In this document: piece by piece, positions 19,358-28,717 of the stretch
How the letters are laid out: each line of letters opens with the position of its first letter
Position numbering within the stretch: the stretch's first letter is position 1
Made by a program: the position numbers and the translations under genes
DNA from: Terrimicrobiaceae bacterium
Lineage (GTDB): Bacteria > Verrucomicrobiota > Verrucomicrobiia > Chthoniobacterales > Terrimicrobiaceae
Direction: 5' to 3'
Length of the DNA stretch: 64,000 nucleotides
Assembly (NCBI GenBank): GCA_021463905.1
Contig: JAJTZA010000061.1
Location: 225-64,224 of the forward strand
The notes under the pieces: model-generated
Told to the model about the DNA's origin: nothing
The model's database searches: none
Seen by the model: the letters and a program-made list of their open reading frames with translations, nothing else

Positions 19358-20575
19358 ATGGAAGGATTTTCTGACAACTACGAGCGCTATGTCATGCCCA
19401 CCTATGGCCGCTTCGACCTGGATTTGGTTCGCGGCGAGGGAACGCGGGTCTTTGACGCCAAGGGAAATGCGTACCTCGATTTTGGAGCGGGGATTGCCGT
19501 GTGCTCGCTGGGACACGCGCACCCCGAAGTCACCGAAGCGGTATCCCACCAGGCCGCCACATTGGTACATGTCTCCAACCTTTACCGAACCGCACCACAG
19601 GCGGAATTGGCCCGACAACTCGTGGAAATTGCCGGCCCCGGCAAGGTCTTTTTTGCCAACAGTGGTGCCGAGGCCAACGAGGGACTCATCAAGCTGGCGC
19701 GCAAGTTTGGCGCCGCCACTGGGCGGTATGGAGTCCTCACTTTCCAGGGATCATTTCATGGGCGCACGATGGCGGGGATCAGTGCCACGGGCCAGGAGAA
19801 GGTGAAGAAGGGATTTGCTCCCCTGCTCGAGGGATTCGTCCATGCGGAGTTTGGGAATATCGCATCCGTACGCGAGATGCTGGAACCCCGGACCGCCGCG
19901 ATTCTTATCGAGCCGGTGCAGGGCGAGGGAGGGATCCACGCCAGCACGGGTGAATTTTTGCGTGCATTGCGCACACTCTGCGATGAGCGGGACATGCTTC
20001 TGCTCTTCGATGAAATCCAGTGTGGATTGGGGCGGACCGGCTCGCTTTGTGCGTGGAAGGGGATCGCTCCCGATGTCCAGCCGGACGGGGTCAGTTGGGC
20101 CAAGGGAATCGCCAATGGATTCCCGCTTTCCGCGTTCTGGGCCACCCATCGCCAGACGGCGGCGGGAGTGCCCCTGTGCGACGTGCTCGGACCGGGAACC
20201 CACGCCACCACCTTCGGTGGCAATCCCGTCACCTGCGCGGCAGCCGTGAAGGTTCTGGAAATCATCGGGCGGGAGAAGCTGGTGGAAAACGCGGCCACTC
20301 AGGGCCGCCGTCTGGATGCGCATCTGCAGCGGATCGCCGGACGGCTCGGAGATGGTGCGGCGGTGCGGGGACTGGGTCTGATGCTGGGTCTCGAGCTTCC
20401 CGCTTCACGAACCGCCCGCAAAGACGTCGCCGCATTGCAGTCCGCCGGCCTGCTCGTCATCCCGGCAGGGGAACATGTCCTGCGCTTTCTTCCGCCTCTC
20501 AATGTCTCGGGTTCCGAGGTTGACGAAGCCGCCGCCATCCTCGAAAAGACTCTTCTGCCTCCGTCGAAGACATGA
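19358..20575 (+). CDS. argD: Acetylornithine aminotransferase
   Basis: Class III aminotransferase motifs: YLDFGAGIAV, NSGAEANE, DEIQCGLGRTG and a WAKG-type PLP Lys region. Confidence 0.85.
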   Translation: MEGFSDNYERYVMPTYGRFDLDLVRGEGTRVFDAKGNAYLDFGAGIAVCSLGHAHPEVTEAVSHQAATLVHVSNLYRTAPQAELARQLVEIAGPGKVFFANSGAEANEGLIKLARKFGAATGRYGVLTFQGSFHGRTMAGISATGQEKVKKGFAPLLEGFVHAEFGNIASVREMLEPRTAAILIEPVQGEGGIHASTGEFLRALRTLCDERDMLLLFDEIQCGLGRTGSLCAWKGIAPDVQPDGVSWAKGIANGFPLSAFWATHRQTAAGVPLCDVLGPGTHATTFGGNPVTCAAAVKVLEIIGREKLVENAATQGRRLDAHLQRIAGRLGDGAAVRGLGLMLGLELPASRTARKDVAALQSAGLLVIPAGEHVLRFLPPLNVSGSEVDEAAAILEKTLLPPSKT

Positions 20576-21486
20576 TCGCCCGCCATCTGCTTTCCATCGA
20601 ATCCCTCAGCCGTGAGGAAATTTTTTCCATGGTGGATGCTGCCGGGGTCATGAAAGCCACGCGCGGCCTTGATGTCCGGGGGCCGCTGCGCGGTCAGTGC
20701 TGGGCGCTCATGTTTTTGAAATCCTCGACCCGCACGCGGGTGAGTTTCGAGGTGGGGATACGCGAGCTGGGGGGCAGTGTGATGTTCCTTGCTGCGGACG
20801 ACATCCAGCTCGGGCGGGGTGAGCCGATCAAGGACACCGCGCGGGTCATGGGGCGGATGCTCCACGGCGTTGTGATTCGAACCTTCGCGCAGCGCGATGT
20901 TGAGGACTTCGCGGCTTACAGCGGGATCCCGACCATCAATGCGCTCACCGACGAGGAACACCCCTGCCAGATTCTCGCCGACCTTTTCACCATCCAGGAA
21001 TCCGGTCGCGATTTGTCCCGTCTCAAGGTGGCCTTTATTGGAGATGGAGACTGCAATGTGGCCCGCTCATGGATTTGGGCGGCGGCACGCTGTGGCTTTG
21101 ATCTGCGCATTGCCTCTCCAAAAAAATTTTTCCCGCCCGAGGGCCTCGTCGAGCGCGCGGGCGGCAACATTCGCCTCGAAACCGACGCCCGGACGGCTGC
21201 ACAGGGCGCGGATGTGCTCTACACCGATGTCTGGGTCAGCATGGGCAAGGAAGAGGAAAGCGCATTCCGCATGGCACAATTTCAAGGCTTCCAAATTGAT
21301 GCGTCCCTGCTGGCTGTGGCTCCCGAAGCGCTCGTCATGCACTGCCTCCCCGCTTATCGGGACAAAGAAATTTCCGAGGCCGTCTTCGAGGCCCATGCGG
21401 GCACGATCTTTCGTCAGGCCGAAAACCGCCTCCATGCCCAAAAAGCGGTGCTCACCCGCATCGCCACACGAAAAATCACGGGCTAG
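20572..21486 (+). CDS. argF: Ornithine carbamoyltransferase
   Basis: STRTRVSFE, DVWVSMG and HCLPAYR motifs. ATGA overlap with argD. Confidence 0.85.
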   Translation: MIARHLLSIESLSREEIFSMVDAAGVMKATRGLDVRGPLRGQCWALMFLKSSTRTRVSFEVGIRELGGSVMFLAADDIQLGRGEPIKDTARVMGRMLHGVVIRTFAQRDVEDFAAYSGIPTINALTDEEHPCQILADLFTIQESGRDLSRLKVAFIGDGDCNVARSWIWAAARCGFDLRIASPKKFFPPEGLVERAGGNIRLETDARTAAQGADVLYTDVWVSMGKEEESAFRMAQFQGFQIDASLLAVAPEALVMHCLPAYRDKEISEAVFEAHAGTIFRQAENRLHAQKAVLTRIATRKITG

Positions 21487-21488
21487 CC

Positions 21489-22466
21489 TCAGGGTTCGAG
21501 GAGGTTGCCCATCGCGTCTCCGATCTGAAATGCTGTCGAGAGGATCCTCCAGCCAACGTAAAAAACCATGACCGCGTAAAGGATTCGCGGCAGCCATTCC
21601 GCAAGCAGGCTCAGGAGTGCCAGAAAGCGGTTTTCCAGTGTTTCCGCCGCGCGCAGCGATTCCTCATCCAGGCGTCCGGAGTGGTCTCCCACCCGGATGG
21701 CCCGTTCGATCTCATCCGCCAGGCCGGGTCGTCCGGTCACCGCGTCGCCGAGCGATGAACCTCCTCTCACCGCCTCGACAATCTCCCGCGCGGACTGAGC
21801 GATGAGGGCGCTGCCACTCGAGTTTCCCGCCGTTTCCAGCCCACGCAACACCCCCGTGCCGCTCCGGACAAACAGCGAGAACACGCGTGCAAATCGCGCA
21901 TTCGAGTGCGTCCGGAACCAAAGCCCCAGGCCGGGGATGCGAAGAACGCCGGAACATACGGAGGCATGCTTCTTCAAGGCTCGGGAAAGACTGACCGATC
22001 CCGCAAAGACGAGCACCGCCGCGCCATAGAAAACTCCCAGGGCAAGGAAACACGAAACCCAGGCGTTGCCGCCGGTGAGAAGGGCCGACGGAATGGCCAG
22101 CAGGATGATGGCCAAATGAAGTACCACCACCGGATACAGTGACCGGGACAGCACGGCGGCACGCGCATCGGCCATGCGCGCATAATACTCCGACAAACGG
22201 GCGCAAATTTCCTCGAGGCGTCCGGTTTCGGCTCCCGCATCCAGGATCGCGCAGTCTTCTTCGGGAAACCCCACCGCGCGAAAGGCCTGCGAAAGGGAAC
22301 TCCCCCGGGCCAGCTCCTCCGCTATAACCCGCGCCAGACCACCCCCCGTGCGCCCTCTGCCAAGAACCTCAAGCGATCCCACAACACCCTCTCCACTCCG
22401 CAAAAGCTGCCCCAGTTCATGGAAAAACTGAGACCGGAGCCGATACCTGATTCGCATGACGGCCAT
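21489..22466 (-). CDS. Type II secretion/type IV pilus platform protein, GspF/PilC family (orphan)
   Basis: Two T2SS-F repeats (LLRSGEGVVGSLEVL... and FVRSGTGVLRGLETA...) and TM segments. The start is chosen at MAVMRIRYR. Confidence 0.7.
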   Translation of the reverse strand: MAVMRIRYRLRSQFFHELGQLLRSGEGVVGSLEVLGRGRTGGGLARVIAEELARGSSLSQAFRAVGFPEEDCAILDAGAETGRLEEICARLSEYYARMADARAAVLSRSLYPVVVLHLAIILLAIPSALLTGGNAWVSCFLALGVFYGAAVLVFAGSVSLSRALKKHASVCSGVLRIPGLGLWFRTHSNARFARVFSLFVRSGTGVLRGLETAGNSSGSALIAQSAREIVEAVRGGSSLGDAVTGRPGLADEIERAIRVGDHSGRLDEESLRAAETLENRFLALLSLLAEWLPRILYAVMVFYVGWRILSTAFQIGDAMGNLLEP

Positions 22467-22561
22467 CTTGGAAAAATCCCCGCGCATTACGCAATGCGCA
22501 TTTTCGACAGGGTGCGCACCGGAAGGTCGCAACCATCAGCGACCTCACGCCCGGACGGTTT

Positions 22562-23725
22562 TTACCGAGGGGAGGATTTTTTTTCGTAAAATTGGATGGC
22601 GGTGATGAGATCCACGGCACGCTGGAGGACAGTATCGGACGGCGAAGCGGGGGCGCGGTGTTTGGCGGCGGACTGGGTTACGTCAATTTCCGGGTTGGTA
22701 TTGGCGACAAGCGAGGCTTCATTCATGTGTCGGCGTTCCGGCTCGAAGACAAATTGGCTGACGCCCTTTTCCGAACTTTCACGAAAAATGCGGTTTTGGA
22801 TTTCGGATGGGAGAGCAACGGCTATGTCGGGTTTGAGACCGTCAGGAAACAGGGCTCCTGAGTTTGGGATCAGAACCTGGGAGACCGCCACCTGCAAGCG
22901 AACTCTGGAACTGGGACCGAGCGGAAGCACCTCGAACTCAAAGGCCGCCCCCGCCGAGTCCGAGCCCAAAATCAACGCGCCGGTCGCAGAGCGCAACGCG
23001 GCAGCCAGAGCCTCCGCAGGGCCGGAAGTGCCGGAATCAATAAGAACGACAATTTGGCCGTGAAAGTCGGGGTTTTCACCCGAGGTGAACATGCGCTCCT
23101 GCTTTGCGCTGGGCTTTTGCAGGGTGAAGAGAACCTTCCCGCGCGGGCTGAGTCGCCGCGCAAACTCAGCGGCGGTTTCAAATTCCCCCGGCGTCGAAAC
23201 CGAGCGCAGATCCAGGATGAGCGCATCGAAGGATTTTTCGGAGAAGCTCTTGAGGGCGGCATCAAATTGGCCCAGAGCCGCCTTGTCGAGTGAGCCGGGC
23301 CGGATGTAGCCGATATGGGAGTCCAGAATCTCGGAAAGGAAGGGGAAGGGTTGCGGGGCGCTGGGGATCGGCTCGGCGGGAAGCAGGGACACACCGGGCC
23401 CCAGCCGGACAAGGATCCCCTCGAGCGCCGCCCGGCGCAGGTTGTCGTCAGCCACAATCCCTGGATCCAGGTAAAGTTTTTGCAATGCCTGAATCGCCGC
23501 CTGAATCTCGTCGTTCGAGAGACCATCCACGAGCTGGCGACGGGAGAGCGGAGGCGGAGACGCCTTGGCCGGAACGGTGACGGAGGCAGACGGAGAAGGT
23601 TTAGCCGCAGGCGTGGCTGTCGGAGCGGGAGGCGCCTGCCCGGGCATGACCGCCGGAGCCGCTTCGCGGGCGGAAGCGGAGGCCAGCGGGACAGCAAACA
23701 GCATCAGCAAGAAAAGCAATTTCAT
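22562..23725 (-). CDS. Secreted S41 (C-terminal processing peptidase)-like protein, possibly catalytically degenerate
   Basis: Signal peptide. IGYIRPG, LILDLRS and VVLIDSGTSGPAEALAAAL resemble the S41 core. GSDSAGAA sits where the TFGKG catalytic-Lys motif is expected. Confidence 0.55.
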   Translation of the reverse strand: MKLLFLLMLFAVPLASASAREAAPAVMPGQAPPAPTATPAAKPSPSASVTVPAKASPPPLSRRQLVDGLSNDEIQAAIQALQKLYLDPGIVADDNLRRAALEGILVRLGPGVSLLPAEPIPSAPQPFPFLSEILDSHIGYIRPGSLDKAALGQFDAALKSFSEKSFDALILDLRSVSTPGEFETAAEFARRLSPRGKVLFTLQKPSAKQERMFTSGENPDFHGQIVVLIDSGTSGPAEALAAALRSATGALILGSDSAGAAFEFEVLPLGPSSRVRLQVAVSQVLIPNSGALFPDGLKPDIAVALPSEIQNRIFRESSEKGVSQFVFEPERRHMNEASLVANTNPEIDVTQSAAKHRAPASPSDTVLQRAVDLITAIQFYEKKSSPR

Positions 23726-24987
23726 GAGGCACCAATGTCCGACCGGAATTGTTTCCCGTCAAAGCGGATTTGTCCGGCTGCCGCGTAGGCGCGGGCGCGG
23801 GCCTCCTCGAGCGATGCACCCGTGGCCGTCACTCCCAACACGCGGCCTCCGGCGGTGACTGTCTCACCATGAGCCGTTTTTGTGCCCGCATGAAAAATTT
23901 GCGCGGTGGGGCTGGCGGATGCCCGCTCCAGACCTGAGATGGCAAATCCGGTTTGGCACGGGCCTGGGTAGCCCTTCGAGGCAAGGATGACGCAGCAGGC
24001 CGCATCCGCACTCCATTTCGGGGTTTGTGTGGCGACACGATCCTGGGTGGCGGCTTCGAGGAGTTCGAGCAGATCGCTGTCCAATCGTCGCATCAGGGAT
24101 TGTGTTTCCGGGTCTCCAAACCGGCAGTTGAATTCCAGAACCTTCGGTCCATCCGTCGTAAGCATCAGCCCGGGGAAGAGCAATCCGCGGAAGACGAGGC
24201 CCTCGGCGCGCAGGCCGGTCACAAAACGGTCGAGAATCTCCGCACGGATGCGCTCCCAGAGGGCCTCATCCACAAACCCGGAAGGCGAGTTCGTTCCCAT
24301 GCCGCCGGTATTGGGGCCCTGGTCGCCTTCTAGTGCGCGTTTGTGATCCCGCGCGTCCGGAAACGCCAGGTAACCGGAGCCGTCCACGATCGCGTGAATC
24401 GAACATTCCCGTCCGGTGAGGTGTTCCTCGAGAAGGATGCGTGCGCCCGCCTCCCCAAAGGCCCTTTCTTCCATGCAACGCCGGATGGCTGTCCCCGCCT
24501 CTTCCGGGGTTTGCGCAATCACGACCCCCTTGCCAAGTGCCAGGCCGTCGGCCTTCACGACGAGGGGATAGGAGGCCGCCTGACTCCATGCGAGGGCATT
24601 GGCGCAATCTTCGAACACACGGGCGTTCGCGGTGGGAATGTTGTGACGCCGCATAAAATCCTTCGCAAACGACTTCGAGGCCTCGAGCTGCGCGGCCGCC
24701 CGGGAAACACCAAAGACAGGCAGACCATCATCCAGAAAAAAATCCGCCAATCCTGCCGCCAGACAATCATCAGGGCCTACGACGGTCAGACCGATTTTTT
24801 GTTCACGCGCGAAACGGGCCAAAGCTGGAATGTCGGTTGCGGGGATCGGGACATTCTCGCCCACCAGCGATGTGCCCCCATTTCCCGGTGCGATGAAAAC
24901 CCTCTCCACGCGTGGGGAGGCCGCCAGCTTCCAGGCCAAAGCGTGCTCGCGCCCACCAGATCCAATAACAAGAACATTCATCATCAA
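23722..24987 (-). CDS. purD: Phosphoribosylamine-glycine ligase
   Basis: MNVLVIGSGGREHALAWKL N-terminus and ATP-grasp core. Confidence 0.9.
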   Translation of the reverse strand: MMMNVLVIGSGGREHALAWKLAASPRVERVFIAPGNGGTSLVGENVPIPATDIPALARFAREQKIGLTVVGPDDCLAAGLADFFLDDGLPVFGVSRAAAQLEASKSFAKDFMRRHNIPTANARVFEDCANALAWSQAASYPLVVKADGLALGKGVVIAQTPEEAGTAIRRCMEERAFGEAGARILLEEHLTGRECSIHAIVDGSGYLAFPDARDHKRALEGDQGPNTGGMGTNSPSGFVDEALWERIRAEILDRFVTGLRAEGLVFRGLLFPGLMLTTDGPKVLEFNCRFGDPETQSLMRRLDSDLLELLEAATQDRVATQTPKWSADAACCVILASKGYPGPCQTGFAISGLERASASPTAQIFHAGTKTAHGETVTAGGRVLGVTATGASLEEARARAYAAAGQIRFDGKQFRSDIGAS

Positions 24988-26108
24988 TAGATTTCCACCG
25001 GTGAGCGCTTTCCGTCTTCCACGCTTTGCTCATGGGCGCGCGCCTCACCCAGCACGTCCACCCGCAGGCGCATAATGTCCGCGTCCGCCGCGAGAAAGGC
25101 CTCTTCACTGAAAGCCAGCGGCGGTGCCAGAAGCTCCTTGAAGCGCGCCACGTGGGCCAACGCACCCTCCAGCTTGGAGGCAGAGAGACTCTCGACAACA
25201 CAACGCGCTTCGAGCGCGAGTTCCACGCGATGACAAATCATGAGCAGGTCGTTACCGGCTTCGATGCCGCGCTTCATGGTTTCCTCAAATCCGTAATGGT
25301 TCAGAATCGCTCCCATGTCGAGGTCATCGGTCATCACCAATCCGGAAAATCCCAGCTCCCCACGCAGAAGCCCACCAATCATTTTTGGAGAGAGCGAAGC
25401 TGGCGGGCCGCCGGGTTCGAGGCCGGAGATGGTGATGTGCCCCATCATCATGCTGTCGAGCCGGGAAGAGAAGTGGCGAAAGACGGCCAGTTCGTGGGCT
25501 TCGAGTTCTGCGCGGGATCGTTCGATGGAGGGGAGTTCGTGGTGGGGATCCAGTCCGGCGCAGGAGTAGCCGGGAAAATGTTTTCCGCAACTGAGGATGC
25601 CTCCTGCGCGGAGGGCCTCGTTGAACAGTCCGGCATTGTGGGTGACCTCCCCGGCAGTGCGGCCATGACAGCGCCCCCGGAGGGAATTGTCGGCTTCGTC
25701 ATCGAACGAAATATCAAGCACCGGACAAAGGTCCAGGTTGAATCCAAAAAGACGGAGGATTTTTGCGGTGGTGGCGCCATGCCGTGCGAGGCATTCATCG
25801 GATCCATGATCGCGCAGGTCACGGGCGCTGGGTGGTTCGGAGCCGAGGAGACGGAGACGGGAGACGCGTCCGCCTTCCTGGTCAATGGTGAGGATGGGTT
25901 CGACATCCGAGACATCGCGCAGATCGTCCATGAGCCTGCGGAGCTGGCTGGGCGACTCGATATTGCGTCCGAAGAGAATGAATCCGCCGGGCCGCAGCTC
26001 GCGGAAGAGCTTGGCCGTGGCGGCATCCAGCGTTTTTCCAGGCACTCCCACGAGGAGGAGTTGACCCGCATCGTCAGTTGGCATATTCGAGTTATTAAAA
26101 CCGATCAT
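24984..26108 (-). CDS. nagZ: Beta-N-acetylhexosaminidase, glycoside hydrolase family 3
   Basis: KHFPGYS and VMTDDLDMGAI motifs. ATGA-type overlap with purD. Confidence 0.8.
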   Translation of the reverse strand: MIGFNNSNMPTDDAGQLLLVGVPGKTLDAATAKLFRELRPGGFILFGRNIESPSQLRRLMDDLRDVSDVEPILTIDQEGGRVSRLRLLGSEPPSARDLRDHGSDECLARHGATTAKILRLFGFNLDLCPVLDISFDDEADNSLRGRCHGRTAGEVTHNAGLFNEALRAGGILSCGKHFPGYSCAGLDPHHELPSIERSRAELEAHELAVFRHFSSRLDSMMMGHITISGLEPGGPPASLSPKMIGGLLRGELGFSGLVMTDDLDMGAILNHYGFEETMKRGIEAGNDLLMICHRVELALEARCVVESLSASKLEGALAHVARFKELLAPPLAFSEEAFLAADADIMRLRVDVLGEARAHEQSVEDGKRSPVEIY

Positions 26109-26124
26109 CCACCTGTGTGTCGAA

Positions 26125-26709
26125 ATGAATTCCCTGGGTCTTTTTGGTGGCAGCTTTGATCCCGTACATCACGGGCACCTGCTCCTGGCGCGTGACGCCC
26201 TCGAACAGTTGCGGCTGGATCGCGTCATTTTCCTCCCGGCAAAAATTTCGCCGCACAAGCTCGACCAGCCGCCTTCCTCGGGAGCGGATCGCGTGGCCCT
26301 GCTTGAGGCCGCGCTCCGGGGTCAGGAGGGATTCGCATTGGACACCCGCGAACTCCGCCGCGACGGGCCCTCGTTCACCGTGGAAACCCTGCGCGAATAC
26401 CGCCACGAATTCCCGGAGGCCACCCTCCACTTTCTCATCGGCGACGATAACCTGCCCGGATTGGACACATGGAAAGACAGCGCCGAAATCCCCCGCCTCG
26501 CCCGGATCGTCCTCTTTTCCCGGAATCCCGCCACCACCAGCATCCCCGGCACCACCCCAGACGCAGGCTTTCCCGTCATTCGCCGCCAGGTGGAAATTTC
26601 CTCGAGCGAAATCCGCAACCGCATTGCCCAAGGCCACTCGATACGCTATATGACTCCCCCATGCGTCTGCGAAGAAATCCAAAAGCGCGGCCTGTATCGT
26701 GATGGCTGA
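26125..26709 (+). CDS. nadD: Nicotinate-nucleotide adenylyltransferase
   Basis: GLFGGSFDPVHHGHL (HxGH) and SSSEIRNRI motifs. Confidence 0.9.
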   Translation: MNSLGLFGGSFDPVHHGHLLLARDALEQLRLDRVIFLPAKISPHKLDQPPSSGADRVALLEAALRGQEGFALDTRELRRDGPSFTVETLREYRHEFPEATLHFLIGDDNLPGLDTWKDSAEIPRLARIVLFSRNPATTSIPGTTPDAGFPVIRRQVEISSSEIRNRIAQGHSIRYMTPPCVCEEIQKRGLYRDG

Positions 26710-27076
26710 GTCTGTGACCATCGCCCGGGCCTGCGCACAGGCGGCTGATGACAAGAAGGCCGCCGACATTGCCCTGCTGGATATGCGGGAAGCTGCTTCT
26801 TTCACCGATTTTTTTGTCATCTGCGGCGCGGATTCCATCCCGCAAATCCGGGCCATTGCGGATGCGATCCGCGTCCGCTTGCGGGAGGATTTTCACCGGC
26901 GTCCGCAGGCTGAGGACGGTTTTCCGGCCAGCCAGTGGGTCGTTCTCGATTACGGCGATGTGGTCATTCACATCTTCCACAACGAGAAGCGCACCTATTA
27001 CGGACTTGAGTCGCTCTGGAGCGATGCCCCACGGCTGGATTGGTCGGGCCTGCCCAGGGCGCGCAGCTCTTCGTAA
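26699..27076 (+). CDS. rsfS: Ribosome silencing factor
   Basis: DIALLDMREAASFTDFFVICGADS...WVVLDYGDVVIHIF pattern. Follows nadD, as in many bacteria. Confidence 0.85.
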   Translation: MMAESVTIARACAQAADDKKAADIALLDMREAASFTDFFVICGADSIPQIRAIADAIRVRLREDFHRRPQAEDGFPASQWVVLDYGDVVIHIFHNEKRTYYGLESLWSDAPRLDWSGLPRARSSS

Positions 27077-28248
27077 AAATCCTCGAGCCGCGCCACCGAG
27101 CGGTGGATGTCGAACCGCATCCGTACGCCGGAAGCTGCAGCCACCGAAAAGGCACCCAGACAGCCAGGATGCGACGCAAGGTTTTCCAGCGCATCCGCCA
27201 GGGCTTCGGAGCTGTTTTCTGGAACGAGAAAGCCTTCCTCGCCGTGCCGGACAGCCTCTGGAATGCCCCCATGCTGCGTTGCGACCACAGGCAAACCGCT
27301 GGCCATGGCCTCGAGCAGGGAGTTGGGCACGCCTTCCTGATCTCCCGCCGCCGTTGTCCGGCTCGGATGGATGAAAATCTGTGCGCTGTGGTAAAGGGCT
27401 TGCAACGCTTCACTGTCCAAAAATCCCGTGAAATCCACCGCACCGCCAAGACCCAGCTCGGAGGCCAGCTTCTCAAGGCTGTCCCGCAAGGGGCCTTCTC
27501 CCGCAAGGATCAGCCGCGCCTGCGGATGAGCGTTCCGGAATGTCGCAAACGCCTTCAGCGTGTCCGGAAGGCCTTTTTTTTCAATGAGCCGGCAGGCCTG
27601 AACGATCCTCCACTCGCCATTCTCAGGTACGTGCCGCACAGCCGCCGGGAACTTTTCCAGGGGGATGCCGGTGCGATTGATACGGATTTTCGCAGGGTCG
27701 CATCCCATGTCCACCAGACGGTCGGCCAAAGATTCGCTCCGCGCCAGAATCATGGGCAGAAAGCCAAGCAGGGCGCGCAAGCGCTCGTTGTACCCTGGCT
27801 CGTGGTCGCGCTCCATGATGTCCATGCCGTGAAAGGACACCAGCGCAGGCCCCGGCCAGCTCCGCAGGAACGGCAAAAGGTGCACACCCGTGTGTCCAAA
27901 GTACACATGCAAAAGGTCCGCATGTCGGCGGCGCATCACCACACCCAACTGCTCGAACTCTCCGCGATAAATCAACGGCTCAAGCCCCAATACGTGTTTT
28001 TGCCAGAGCCGCCGCCAGAGGTTCACCCTCGGTTTCGGAAGAACTTCAATGTCGGAAAACGGAAATTCGACGGCATTGAGCCGCGATTTCGTCAGGACAA
28101 ATGTCTGATGCCGCTGCAGTCCCGTGACCTGACGGTAAACATGCCGCATCTCCTTCTTCAAAAAAAAAGGACAATAGCTGGCGACGACGGGGAGGCCCGC
28201 CGAGGGCGGCACCGTCGCGTCCGAATGACCTCCCGTGCTAAAACTCAC
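26998..28248 (-). CDS. Glycosyltransferase, GT4 (GT-B fold) family
   Basis: C-terminal EGVPNSLLEAMASGLPVVAT motif. The 3' end overlaps the rsfS 3' end by ~79 nt (convergent). Confidence 0.75.
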   Translation of the reverse strand: MSFSTGGHSDATVPPSAGLPVVASYCPFFLKKEMRHVYRQVTGLQRHQTFVLTKSRLNAVEFPFSDIEVLPKPRVNLWRRLWQKHVLGLEPLIYRGEFEQLGVVMRRRHADLLHVYFGHTGVHLLPFLRSWPGPALVSFHGMDIMERDHEPGYNERLRALLGFLPMILARSESLADRLVDMGCDPAKIRINRTGIPLEKFPAAVRHVPENGEWRIVQACRLIEKKGLPDTLKAFATFRNAHPQARLILAGEGPLRDSLEKLASELGLGGAVDFTGFLDSEALQALYHSAQIFIHPSRTTAAGDQEGVPNSLLEAMASGLPVVATQHGGIPEAVRHGEEGFLVPENSSEALADALENLASHPGCLGAFSVAAASGVRMRFDIHRSVARLEDFYEELRALGRPDQSSRGASLQSDSSP

Positions 28249-28639
28249 GAAAGCTCATGATGCCCGCCACCGGCAGATACACCGGCCCGGAATCCTCGCG
28301 CACCAGAAAGGCCACCGTTTTTTCTCCCTCCTGCAACAGCGGAATTTCCCCCGGCCCCACAAACCCACGCGGACGCTCGGTGATCACATAAGAAATGTTG
28401 ATCACCTGATCCGGCTGCAAGCCGCTCGCTGTGCGATCCACCCGGGTCACCAACGCAACCACTCCCACCTTTTGCTGGTCAGCCTGCTCGCCCGACTCGA
28501 TGTCCACACGCAACACCTCAATCCCTATTTTTTCCGGCGCCTCCTTTTGCTTTGCCTCATATACGGAGGGTGGCAACTCCGCCCGTATGACACCCGCCAT
28601 CAGCAGCACCACCACCCCTGACCAAAATGCCTGTTTCAT
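28238..28639 (-). CDS. Small secreted hypothetical protein
   Basis: 133 aa. Signal peptide MKQAFWSGVVVLLMAGVIRA. No recognisable motif. Confidence 0.45.
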   Translation of the reverse strand: MKQAFWSGVVVLLMAGVIRAELPPSVYEAKQKEAPEKIGIEVLRVDIESGEQADQQKVGVVALVTRVDRTASGLQPDQVINISYVITERPRGFVGPGEIPLLQEGEKTVAFLVREDSGPVYLPVAGIMSFREF

Positions 28640-28717
28640 GGCGCACCTTATAGCACTCCTGCCATGCTGATAAAAGGGGAATGAAAGCCTTCAACGCGCG
28701 CCGCAACCCGCAGGGCG

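Noticed and set aside
21489-26108. nagZ-purD-S41-gspF as a functional 'system'.
   Set aside because: The gene functions are unrelated. The tight packing is typical of this genome (ATGA overlaps everywhere), so I treat this as operon compaction rather than a pathway.
26998-27076. A 79-nt convergent overlap between rsfS and the GT4 glycosyltransferase.
   Set aside because: Both proteins have non-conserved C-terminal tails here. This most likely reflects late stop codons in high-GC DNA rather than a functional antisense arrangement.
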